Source of the DNA: Histomonas meleagridis 2922-C6/04-290x
Taxonomy: Eukaryota; Protista; Parabasalia
Assembly: GCA_020184695.1 (NCBI GenBank)
Contig: JAANOX010000142.1
Location: 62,001-126,000 of the forward strand
Reading direction: 5' to 3'
Length of the DNA stretch: 64,000 bases
Of this stretch, positions 52,509 to 62,664 are shown piece after piece. Each line of letters opens with the position of its first letter. Within the stretch, counting starts at the first letter, position 1. Both the position numbers and the translations under genes were made by a program. The notes beneath the pieces are model-generated. The model was not told the origin of the DNA. It made no database searches and saw nothing but the letters and a program-made list of their open reading frames with translations.

Positions 52509-53889
52509 TTATATGATTTTGATCTTTTATATACATATAAGTTAATAATTTTATTTATTATGCATATTATTCACAAAGAAATGTAAATGATATCTTAATT
52601 TATTTCCATTTCTTTTTCCTTTCAAATCCCCTATCGTTCAAAAACCGCAGAATGGCAATTTGCATTGTAACACTTTTTGATTATTTATACAAATTTGAAT
52701 TGATATATCCGTTATTAATATTTTCCACATGAGACCAAAGGAACATTACGACTGGGAAACACTTCTATCAATAAATCAAGCAATTTTTAGTTTGAATGAA
52801 GAAAATTTCTCTAGATCTTTAGGTTTAATAACCCACAATTATGATGAAATCCATCCTTTATCTTATGATTTAATTATTATTCAAATGATATATTATTCTT
52901 TTGTAATTAGAAACAATAATATAGATTTATTTTTTAATATTATAAAAGAAATAAGAACATTTGAAGAGAATAATAAAATCAAATACAATATATTTGATAT
53001 ATTTGGACGATTTCTTTATAATGAGCAGACAAATGAATCATATTATCTTCTTGAAGCTATGATTGAACATAATTTACTTGAACCAAACATTGTAAAAAAC
53101 AATCAGAGTGCTTATTTTGTACATTATATGTCTAAAGATAAATTATCAATTCATTTAATGGAATATAATTTTGTAAGTGCCTTACCAAATTATGAAGAAC
53201 TTTCAAAGAATGATTGGGAACTACATAAGAATTTCATAAAAGAAGGAGATAATCCAAATGAACTTGCGAAAATAATTCGAAAAGATGAAATAGAAAAACT
53301 TCAAGAAATATCATCACAAACAAATTTTGATTTTAATCAAACAATTGAACCATCACTTTATGAAAGATGTTCATTTATTAATCAAGAAAATGTTTCATTA
53401 ATTGATTATGCAGCATTTTTTGGATCAGTTAAATGTTTTAAATATTTACTTATGAATGGTGCAAATCTCGAAAATACAGGTAAATATGCAGTTGCAGGTG
53501 GAAATGAAGAAATCATTCATTTATGTGAACAAAATCATTCATCATTTGAAGGTGCATATGAAACAGCAATTGAATTTCATCGAAATGATATATTTAAATA
53601 TATTTATGAAAATAAAATTGAAGATATTAATAATTTAGAAGAAATATGAGAAAAATGCGTTTCATATTTTAATTATGAAATTTTTACATATTTAGAAAAA
53701 AAAGAAATGAAAATTAATGAAAATATCATTAACGAAGCAGTAAAAATTGGAAATATTTTTCTTGTAAAATATTTCCATAAAAATAATCAACTTCCAGAAA
53801 ATATTTTAGTTTTTGCTTCATCTCCAGGAAATATTGAACTTGTTACATACATTTTAAAGCAAAAAGGAATTGATATTAATGCTAAAGAT

Positions 53890-54776
53890 ATTTATTTGTT
53901 TTATTTAATATTTATTTTAATAATTTTATGATATTTTAAAATAATATTTGGAAATTATTTTATACAGCACTTATTTATGCATCTTGGAATGGTCATACAG
54001 AAATAGTTAAATTACTTCTTGAACAAGAAGGAATTGATATTAATGCTAAAGACAAAATTTATTTTAATAATTTCTTATTTCAAAATAATATTTGGAAATT
54101 ATTTAAATTATTTAATACAGCACTTATATTGGCAATTGAAAATGGTAGAACAGAAGTAATTAAGTTACTTCTTGAACAAAAAGGAATTGATATTAATGCT
54201 AAAGATATTTATTTGTTTTATCTCAATTTTATTTTAATAATTTGGTGTATCAAAATAATATTTGATAATTATTTAAATTATTTTTTACAGCACTTATTTA
54301 TGCATCTTGGAATGGTCATACAGAAATAGTTAAATTACTTCTTGAACAAGAAGGAATTGATATTAATGCTAAAGATATTTATTTGTTTTATCTCAATTTT
54401 ATTTTAATAATTTGGTGTATCAAAATAATATTTGATAATTATTTAAATTATTTTTTACAGCACTTATTTATGCATCTTGGAATGGTCATACAGAAATAGT
54501 TAAATTACTTCTTGAACAAGAAGGAATTGATATTAATGCTAAAGACAAAATTTATTTTAATAATTTCTTATTTCAAAATAATATTTGGAAATTATTTAAA
54601 TTATTTATAACAGCACTTATTTTAGCATCTTGGAATGGTTATACAGAAATAGTTAAATTACTTCTTGAACAAGAGGGAATTGATATTAATGCTAAAGATA
54701 TTTATTTGTTTTATTAAAAATTTATTTTAATAATTTTATATTTCAAAATAATATTTGGAAATTATTTAAATTATTT
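53890..54776 (+). other. 21 spacers of 17 nt plus one truncated 8-nt spacer around loop micro-exons (copy 2)
   Basis: For example 54700-16, AAA, 54720-36, TAT, 54740-56, GGA, 54760-76, TAT, then ACA GCA CTT. Confidence 0.9.
54181..54545 (+). repeat. Perfect 170-bp tandem duplication (34 codons + 4x17 nt)
   Basis: Identical with period 170 from 54181 to 54545; 102 + 68 = 170. Confidence 0.93.
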
Positions 54777-55575
54777 TATACAGCACTTATGAGAGCATTT
54801 ATAAAAGGTCACACAGAAATAGTTAAATTACTTCTTGAACAAGAAGGAATTGATATTAATGATAAAAACATTTTATAAAATATTGAATCCATTCATTTGC
54901 TATTAATTATTCATAAAAGTTAACATTAACTATATAATGTTTTTACCGTTTAACAGGCTTTGCTGATGCAATGTGTCTCCCAATGATGACATGAAATTGT
55001 GTTGCATTTATAATTCATCTTTTTTTGATTTTCTTTTATTTCTCATCTTTCCCGCCAATTTTTTCAAACAGTTCATCAATATCAATCCCTTTATTGGCTC
55101 CATTAATATATGATAAAAAAAGTAAATAAATTTAGTTCGAAATGTTACTCCACTTTTTGAGAACGATCAAAATCAATTGAAAAAGTGGTAATGTCAAAAT
55201 ATTTTTAATTGATCCATCATCCATTATCTCTGGATCCAGAGCATCAAACAATGATGGAAATTTATGTTCAATCAAAACCAACAGCATAAATATGTTCAAG
55301 AGATTATTTAAATAAGCGAAATAAAGCAAATGACGAAAATTTACATGAATTAATTTTTCAGTTTATTTTTATTATTTCAAACATCATTGATACAAGAAGC
55401 ATCAATATGTACTAGAGATCATTTTAATACTACAGATCAAGGTAATAAACTCATGGTTGTTCGACACAAGCACAGCTGTGCCAGTAAACCATTTAAAGTC
55501 TGTTTTTGTTTGTTTTTGATCGTTATACAACAAAGTCATTACAAACAAATTAGAAACATTTTATTACATATTTGT

Positions 55576-56967
55576 TCAATGTTTTGATATCATCAATTTT
55601 GTCAAATGAAACAAGAAAATAAACGCCAGTAAAACAGAAATTATCATTAATAGCAAATTGACTCTTTTTTCGTTAGCAATTTTCGTATGTAGCTCAAACA
55701 GATATTCCTGTGTTGCTTCTTGTTCATCAAGCGCTTTATCCAAATCTTCTTCAGCCTTATCCAATTGGTTTTTTACCTGTTTATTTAATTCAGGCAATAA
55801 ATCAATATAATAATTAATTTTGTGCATTACCTCATCACATTTTTTCACTTTTACATCGATAAACTTCAAAAAATTGTTCACGTTTCCAATATTTTTGTAA
55901 ATATCATTTGTAAGAATTTGTTTTTGAAGATCCATTGATGGTAACTGATCAATAGATATGTACAAACTTTTATTCTCGTCATTAAAAATGTGCTTGCTTA
56001 TGACAGGTGATGTTTCGCGAACAGAAAATCCGGCTGCTTTAATTAAACCGTTTTCGTCACAAATGTTCGCGTCAAACAAAAGTGACCGAATTGTTTCTTT
56101 ACAACAATATTTCTCTTTTATCTTTCGCTGTGATTTATAGTGTCTGAGTGCATGTTCAACAGAGTTTTGAAAATCTTCTTCTTTAATAGTAAACCCAATT
56201 TTTATAAGAATCTCAGAAATGATATGAAGAGAATTTTTAAGACCTAAAAATGTCTTCGGTGTGAAGGTAATAGGATTAGTGGCATCTGGATAACATTTAG
56301 AATTGAATTTCTTAATTGAATTTTTGATGCTCCCAAATGGGAAAAATCCAAATTGATCAAATGAGTTTTGTGTGACATTGCTATAACGACGGATTACTTC
56401 TTGGTTTGGGTCATCATCTTCTAGAAACCCAAAAAATGATAAATTGAATGATGCATCATTATATAAACGTGGGAGAACTGAATTGATTGGCCCTTCTATA
56501 TTGTACTGGATCTGTACTTCTTCTTCAAGTTGATTAAGCGTGATGTGATTTGAGAATAAAAATGTGGAAATTGTTGGAATGATTCCAAGATAATAAAGAG
56601 CAGCCATGGAATGATAAAAAAATCCATTGCTCATCCAATCACCACCTTCGATAGGAATAACTTCACCATAGCTTAGAAGTTTATCATAGCTCATGCAAAC
56701 AATATTTCTGTTTGAAATTTTTTTAACTTCAAATCCATATATTTCGAAATCAGGTTTTTTGTTGTATTTAGCCTCGTAGAAAGTTGTCGAAGATGTAGGA
56801 CATTCAACAGCAACAACATAAAATGGAACATTTAAATCATTAAAGAATTTTTTAACTCCCCAAAGTTTAAAACCTTTAATAACAATGGGAACAGGGGATA
56901 AGTCCGTATGCCCGTTTGCAAAAAATGATAGATTTTCATTTTGATATTCTGGAATTAAAAAATTCAT
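55576..56967 (-). CDS. Hypothetical protein with C-terminal coiled coil and TM helix
   Basis: 463-aa ORF ending in a heptad region and LLLMIISVLLAFIFLFHL. Confidence 0.65.
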   Translation of the reverse strand: MNFLIPEYQNENLSFFANGHTDLSPVPIVIKGFKLWGVKKFFNDLNVPFYVVAVECPTSSTTFYEAKYNKKPDFEIYGFEVKKISNRNIVCMSYDKLLSYGEVIPIEGGDWMSNGFFYHSMAALYYLGIIPTISTFLFSNHITLNQLEEEVQIQYNIEGPINSVLPRLYNDASFNLSFFGFLEDDDPNQEVIRRYSNVTQNSFDQFGFFPFGSIKNSIKKFNSKCYPDATNPITFTPKTFLGLKNSLHIISEILIKIGFTIKEEDFQNSVEHALRHYKSQRKIKEKYCCKETIRSLLFDANICDENGLIKAAGFSVRETSPVISKHIFNDENKSLYISIDQLPSMDLQKQILTNDIYKNIGNVNNFLKFIDVKVKKCDEVMHKINYYIDLLPELNKQVKNQLDKAEEDLDKALDEQEATQEYLFELHTKIANEKRVNLLLMIISVLLAFIFLFHLTKLMISKH

Positions 56968-57177
56968 AATTTTGTTGAACGTTAAATTTTTCCTTGAGCT
57001 AGAAACACATAAATTTTACTTATATAACATTGTTGAATGAAAACGCTTAAGTTTGAATTAAATGAATTTAAATGAATGAAAACATGTTTTTATAAAAAGG
57101 ATTTTTTAAAGAAAATATAGTTAGTTTTAATGAAATTTCATTAATATTTGCTAATCATTATAATTTAATCTATTCCT

Positions 57178-57618
57178 TTATTTACCCTTCTTTTTACCGC
57201 ATTTTTTCTGTGGGTGTTGTTGTTGATTTTCTTTTGGTTTGATGAATCCATGTGCTTTCAATACATTTAGTGCTTGAGCAGTAATAATTCTAAACCTATC
57301 ACCATGAAGCTGAATTCCTCCATACCAACGTGTCACAATAACAGCACAATCCTTTGCACCTGCTAATTGCATCATCTGTAATACTTGTGTTCCTGCATGA
57401 GTTTCACCGTCATCATCAAATCCTTCTTCTTCTGGTGTTATGTAGGCAAGTATGTTATGGGTTGCACCTTCGATTTTTGGATTTTCAAGTAATGTATCTC
57501 TAAATAGACAAACATCTTGAATATTATGACAGGCAGCACAAAACGCTTGAAACTTACTTTTCTTCTCGACAAAAGGTTCGCCAGAAAAAATTTCTGGTGG
57601 ATCGTCTAAACTGTACAT
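57178..57618 (-). CDS. IMPACT/YigZ (UPF0029)-family protein without RWD domain
   Basis: KKSKFQA, ATHNILAY, DDDGETHAG and VTRWYGGIQLHGDRFRII motifs. Confidence 0.9.
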   Translation of the reverse strand: MYSLDDPPEIFSGEPFVEKKSKFQAFCAACHNIQDVCLFRDTLLENPKIEGATHNILAYITPEEEGFDDDGETHAGTQVLQMMQLAGAKDCAVIVTRWYGGIQLHGDRFRIITAQALNVLKAHGFIKPKENQQQHPQKKCGKKKGK

Positions 57619-57778
57619 GACCAATTGAACGATTAAATTTCTGTGAAAAAGATCAAAACCGTTATACTGAGAAAGTTTGTTTGATTTTACGAGTTCAAAA
57701 GCAAAAAAAAAATTGTTTTTTAAAAGAAGTTAAGAATCACTTAAAAATACCTTTTAAATATGATATCAACAGTAAATT

Positions 57779-58798
57779 TTATTGAACATTTTTTTGGAAG
57801 AATGGTGATGACTTTGGTAATCTTTTAACATTAAATTTCTTTGATAAACCAGCCAAAGCTTTTCTCATCTGACCTTTTGTTGAAAATCCTACATGTGAAC
57901 ATTTGTAATCTATTCCATTACATTTTGATCCGATACTTACTTCATAAACAGTGCCATATGCAGCACACATTGTTCTTAACTTTTGTTCATCCAAATCATC
58001 CGGTGGATCAACAAACTCAATGTAATATTTTCCCATTTTTGGTCTAAAGAAATCGTTTTCTTCGTTTTTACCACTTTGAAATGGAGATGATGCCAAAAGC
58101 CTTCCGGCATGAATTGTGCACTTCCCAACCCTCTTTCCATCAAGGGCACTGATTGCTGCTTTTCGTTGACGTCTTGAACCAAAATTTACAAATGTGTATA
58201 ATTTATTTTCAAGTTTTTGATTCATATAAATTTCTTTGATTTGTCCATATGGACGAACTAATTCCATAACTTTGTCTTCTGTAATATCTTCTGGTAAACC
58301 AGTGATTTCCATGATTTGTGATCCTTCTGGAAATTTGATGAGTGGCTTGGGTTTAATTGTGACTTTCATTTTATCATCCTCAAGTGCTAGCTTAGCTGAT
58401 GATTCGTGATAATATTGAAGATGGGCAAAGGGTTTATCTTCATTAAAATGAAGAGACATTTGGTGAATTGGCCCAAAATCTGAGAAATATTGATAAACAT
58501 CAATATCTATCGGAATGTTTTCGATTTTTAATTTCCAAGGACGTATCTTTTTCTTAAAATCAGACGAAATATATCTAGAGATTTTGATTTCATTTTCCTT
58601 ATAATATGAATGATTTAGAATATTTAAACAATAATCTGTGGATTTACTGTCGACAAAAACAACGTTAGCTTTATTTGTATTTGGAATAAAATCAACTTTC
58701 GAAATTTTTCCTGCAGGCTTAAGAAATTCAGCAATTTCTTCATGTGTAGTTCCTGTTTGAATACCTGTGATATGGATGACATTGCTGGTTTCTTGCAT
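57779..58798 (-). CDS. Multi-RRM RNA-binding protein (four RRMs, PABP-like layout)
   Basis: RNP2/RNP1-like pairs: IHITGI/KANVVF, LKIENI/FAHLQY, MEITGL/YTFVNF, IEFVDP/CSHVGF. Confidence 0.8.
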   Translation of the reverse strand: MQETSNVIHITGIQTGTTHEEIAEFLKPAGKISKVDFIPNTNKANVVFVDSKSTDYCLNILNHSYYKENEIKISRYISSDFKKKIRPWKLKIENIPIDIDVYQYFSDFGPIHQMSLHFNEDKPFAHLQYYHESSAKLALEDDKMKVTIKPKPLIKFPEGSQIMEITGLPEDITEDKVMELVRPYGQIKEIYMNQKLENKLYTFVNFGSRRQRKAAISALDGKRVGKCTIHAGRLLASSPFQSGKNEENDFFRPKMGKYYIEFVDPPDDLDEQKLRTMCAAYGTVYEVSIGSKCNGIDYKCSHVGFSTKGQMRKALAGLSKKFNVKRLPKSSPFFQKNVQ

Positions 58799-58909
58799 TT
58801 TGTAAAAAAAAAATTATTTTTCCATTTAATTTTTGGTGCAGTAAACCGGCATTAAACCACATCATTCAAAAAGTCACGAAAACGAAGTCAACTCAAATTA
58901 AACATTAAA

Positions 58910-61450
58910 ATGGAGCGATTTTTCTCAAAGCCAATCAATTTCTACCATGGAAGAATACCATACATTGTTGAATCTCTTGTTAAAAAATTAGAAGAAATGG
59001 GTGCTGCATCAAGTAGGAATTTATTTAAAAGAGATTTATTTGATGAAGAGCAATACCAAGATTTAGTAAATTTATTTAACAATGGGCGAATAAGTGACTG
59101 GGAACCTTTCATGAGTATTCCTTTATTGTCAAATACACTAATTCAATATTTAAACACTATCACTAAAAAACAACCATTAATTACCGAACCAACATTAACA
59201 AAGCTCCTTGCAATTAAAGTTTCTATAAGAGCACATGGAGCAGCAAAGCTTTATAGAAATACATTGGTTGGCATATATGCTGGTTCCTTTAGAACTATCC
59301 AGTATCTTACAAAGTTTTTGAACACGGTCACTACTGTTTCCACAGACAATCTATTTCAATTATTTAGGCTTTCATTTTTCGGAAGTAATTCAGCATTCAG
59401 AAGTGAGAAAGAACTCAAAGGATTGTTCACAACTTTGATTATTTTCCAAGACATATATACTGGATCAAATCTCGGAGACTCAGCATTCCTTACTGATAAG
59501 CAGATTTTAATGCTCAAAAAACAAATTTATTCGCCTCATCAAACTCAATCAAAGAGTAAACGTTCTCATAACGATCAACGCCCATTGAAAAGTGCGCACA
59601 AGAATTCTTCGAGCGATAACGAAGATTTGCACAATTATAAAAACACTTCAAGGCATCAAATTAAAAGGGCACCTTCACCAAAGCGTATCATTGAATCTGA
59701 TTCTTCATCTTCTTCTGAAATGAAAAAACGGCCAAAGCGAAACCTTCAAATTTCAAGTGTGTTATGTTTATTTGAACAAGTTCAAAAAATTATACCCAAA
59801 AAGTATCAAATACAACGTATTGTTAGTGAAATTGTTGATATATTACCAGAATCACAAACGCATAAGAAAGACATAAGTGATGAAAATGATTTAGATTTAA
59901 GTTTATTTGAAATAGATAAGGAAGAAAAAGTTAAAAGTTCATCGTCATCATCAGTCAAAGAAAAAATTACAATAAAGAAAATACAAAAAATTATTTCAAC
60001 TTCTTCAGATGAAGAAAAAATTGATGTAAAACAAACAATTGAAGAAATACCACGAAAAGAAAACTTAATTTCATTAAGTTCTTCTGACGAAGAAAAAGTT
60101 TTCACCAAGAAAACAATTGAAATTATTCCAAGAAAAGAAATTTTAATTTCATCGAGTTCTTCAGATGAAGAGAAAATTGAAATCAATCAAAACAAAGAAG
60201 AAATTCCACAAAAGGAAAACGTAATTTCATTCTCATTATCTTCTGATGATGAGAAAGTCGAAACTAAAGAAGAAGTTCCACAAAAAGAAAATGTAATTTC
60301 TTTAAGTTCTTCTTCTGATGATAAGCCAACCAAAATACCTCAAAAGGAAAACTTAATATCCGTCAGTTCTGATGAAGAAAAAATCGAAATCAATCAAATT
60401 AAAAAAGAAGAAATTCCACAAAAAGAAAATTTGATTTCTTTAAGTTCTTCTGATAATGAGAAAATCGAGACAAAGCAAACTAAAGAAGTAATTCCACAAA
60501 AAATCTCTTCAAGTTCTTCAGACGAAGAAAAACCAGAAATTAAACAAATTAAAAAAGAAGAAATTCCACAAAAAGAAAATTTGATTTCTTTAAGTTCTTC
60601 AGACGAAGAAAAACCAGAAATTAAACAAATCATTAAAGAAGAAATTCCACAAAAAGAAAATTTGATTTCTTTAAGTTCTTCTGATAATGAGAAAGTCGAA
60701 ACAAAGCAAACTAAAGAAGTAATTCCACAAAAAATTTCCTTAAGTTCTTCAGATGGAGAAAAACCAGAAATTAAACAAATCGTTAAAGAAGAAATTCCAC
60801 AAAAAGAAAATTTGATTTCTTTAAGTTCTTCCGATAATGAGAAAATCGAGACAAAGCAAACTAAAGAAGTAATTCCGCAAAAAATTTCTTCAAGTTCTTC
60901 AGATGGAGAAAAACCAGAAATAAAAATTCCACAAAAAGATAATATAATATCATTCAGCTCTGATGAAGAAAAAATTGAAATCAATCAAACGAAAGAAGAA
61001 GAAAAAGAAGAAACGCCACAACATGAAAACGTGATATCACTTAGTTCTGATGGTGAGAAAATCGAAATCAAGCAAACAAATGATGAAAAGGAAGAAGAGA
61101 TCAAACCACCAAAAATCGAAGAAAATTCAAAATCTTCTTCTGAAAGTTCAAGTGAAAAAGTCAACGATAATTCTGAACTTATTTCAGAACTTGAGGAACG
61201 TTATGGGATGCCCCAAACCGCTAACGATAACCTCGTTTACAATCCCGATACGGTGAAAACAGTGAGGCGCTCACCAAGACCAGCGAATGGTAGACGTCCA
61301 CCAACAATTCCAACATTGACAAAAGGTGTTGAAAATGTTGATGAAGTTGTCAAAATTTTACAAAATGAATTCACAAATAAAGGTGATGAAAAAGCGAAGA
61401 AAAATGGTGAAAAAAAGCACAGAAAGAAGAAACATCATGAAGCTAAATAA
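58910..61450 (+). CDS. RhoGAP-like N-terminal domain with long acidic Ser-rich repeat region
   Basis: IPYIVESLVKKLEEMG...NLFK resembles a RhoGAP start; EEIPQKENLISLSSSDxEK repeats follow. Confidence 0.6.
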   Translation: MERFFSKPINFYHGRIPYIVESLVKKLEEMGAASSRNLFKRDLFDEEQYQDLVNLFNNGRISDWEPFMSIPLLSNTLIQYLNTITKKQPLITEPTLTKLLAIKVSIRAHGAAKLYRNTLVGIYAGSFRTIQYLTKFLNTVTTVSTDNLFQLFRLSFFGSNSAFRSEKELKGLFTTLIIFQDIYTGSNLGDSAFLTDKQILMLKKQIYSPHQTQSKSKRSHNDQRPLKSAHKNSSSDNEDLHNYKNTSRHQIKRAPSPKRIIESDSSSSSEMKKRPKRNLQISSVLCLFEQVQKIIPKKYQIQRIVSEIVDILPESQTHKKDISDENDLDLSLFEIDKEEKVKSSSSSSVKEKITIKKIQKIISTSSDEEKIDVKQTIEEIPRKENLISLSSSDEEKVFTKKTIEIIPRKEILISSSSSDEEKIEINQNKEEIPQKENVISFSLSSDDEKVETKEEVPQKENVISLSSSSDDKPTKIPQKENLISVSSDEEKIEINQIKKEEIPQKENLISLSSSDNEKIETKQTKEVIPQKISSSSSDEEKPEIKQIKKEEIPQKENLISLSSSDEEKPEIKQIIKEEIPQKENLISLSSSDNEKVETKQTKEVIPQKISLSSSDGEKPEIKQIVKEEIPQKENLISLSSSDNEKIETKQTKEVIPQKISSSSSDGEKPEIKIPQKDNIISFSSDEEKIEINQTKEEEKEETPQHENVISLSSDGEKIEIKQTNDEKEEEIKPPKIEENSKSSSESSSEKVNDNSELISELEERYGMPQTANDNLVYNPDTVKTVRRSPRPANGRRPPTIPTLTKGVENVDEVVKILQNEFTNKGDEKAKKNGEKKHRKKKHHEAK
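59990..61100 (+). repeat. Imperfect coding repeats (about 20-27 aa units, IPQKENLISLSSSDEEK)
   Basis: Recurring gaaattccacaaaaagaaaatttgatttctttaagttcttc; near-identical higher-order blocks at 60410-60930. Confidence 0.85.
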
Positions 61451-62645
61451 ATAATTTTTTTATGAAATTTCTTTTATATTTAAAAACATATACATGTATG
61501 ATATCATATCTTCTAAGTTATTGTAATAATTTAACAATTTCTGTATAACCTTTATATATGCAATCATTAGTGCTGTTTTAAATATTTTAAATAATTTCCA
61601 AATATAATTTGCAAACATCAAATTATTAAAATAAAGATTAAATAAAACAAATAATTTATTTTAGTATTTATATCAATTCCTTTTTGTTCAAGAAGTAATT
61701 CAACATGATTATAATCATGTGAAATTATATTATTTATGAGCTTTGATTAAAACCATATTCAAGTAAATTATTAATAATATATCTTGTTTCATTGATATTT
61801 TTTCTATATATTAAATATGCTAATAAATAAGACATTTTTGTATCAGTTTCAAACATTTTAATTTCTTTTAAAAACCTTAACTATATGTCAGAATCATTGT
61901 TTCATATACCAATCAAAATGCATATCATATGAATAATGATTAAATTAAACGAAAATGGGTAATTTGTATCAATTTTATCAATAATTAATTTTGCTATTTG
62001 CATAATATTTTCATTTAAATGAAGAGTTCAAAAAACCAACTTCTCAATGAAAATTGATCTTCTTTTACATTCTCATTTACGATTCTATAAAATTTTTCGA
62101 TCAAAGCTTTTAAACCATCATTGCTATTTCACCATGTTAATATTTTTGACATTTTGACTGTACATTTCAGTTTTTGATTCTGAGTATTTAGGATTTTTTC
62201 TTTAAAAATTATATAAAACGACACACAAGAAACACTACTAATAATGTATTTGGTTAGGAGCAAGTGCTCTAATTGGATTCGATATGAAAAACATATCTTT
62301 AATTTGAATTCTTAATTCAAATTCTAATTTGTAAATTAGGAATGCACATAAATATTATTTATGTATTGAGTTGAATCATATAAAAAAAATGAAAGCAGGA
62401 AAAAAAAATCTACAAAATCAAGAGGTTCGGAACGCCAGTAACCGTAGATTGAATTTTCTTCAGTTTTGAATTTTTATTGGAATTTTGAGTCACTCTAAAA
62501 TTTATTTTGATAGTCTGATGGAATAATCAATGCTTTATAAATTTCAATAAATCAAATTTCTAAACTGTTTCAAATTGCTTTACTCAAAAAATTTCTCGAC
62601 AAATTTATTCCAATTGAAAATGATTTCACTTGGTGAAATAAAGTG

Positions 62646-62650
62646 TCACT
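62646..62650 (+). promoter_or_regulatory. Initiator-like element TCACT upstream of the kinase ATG (62665)
   Basis: Matches trichomonad Inr TCAYT, 14 nt before an in-frame ATG. Confidence 0.5.
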
Positions 62651-62664
62651 TTTTACATATTTTT

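Larger units (their letters stand above)
52729..54878 (+). pseudogene. DUF3447-type ankyrin-repeat gene, copy 2, with spacer-interrupted loops; premature TGA
   Basis: Paralogue of 8608. In-frame TGA at 53647-49 where copy 1 has GGA. Decoded loops: KDNYDG[8 nt]YTAL, KDKLGNTAL, KDQGDFTAL (x2), KDKLGITAL and KDKYGYTAL. Confidence 0.8.

Noticed and set aside
53647-53649. Stop-codon reassignment suggested by in-frame TGA/TAA (6671, 9582, 10475, 53647)
   Set aside because: They correspond to different amino acids (Gly, Trp, Lys, Tyr), occur only in genes with other lesions, and TGA and TAA terminate intact genes in the window.
54720-54776. RNA hairpin (AATAATTT/AAATTATT; ATTTCAAA/TTTGGAAAT) as the excision signal
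   Set aside because: Present only in the DUF3447 paralogues; the spacers of the 25.7-26.7 kb and 32-33 kb genes cannot form it.
54698-54781. U12-type AT-AC intron (ATATTT...TATAC)
   Set aside because: No ATATCCTT donor or U12 branch site; the join puts TAL out of frame; it does not explain the 20-nt periodicity.
55050-55329. Two short minus-strand frames that might be joined by a spacer
   Set aside because: No 17-nt removal that I tried gives an open join; no domain recognised.
59806-60984. Minus-strand ORFs 59806-60186 and 60394-60984, and similar antisense or alternate-frame ORFs (5396-5761, 11962-12480, 15677-15913, 43717-44034, 45818-46336)
   Set aside because: Shadow frames of repetitive or biased coding sequence on the real gene.
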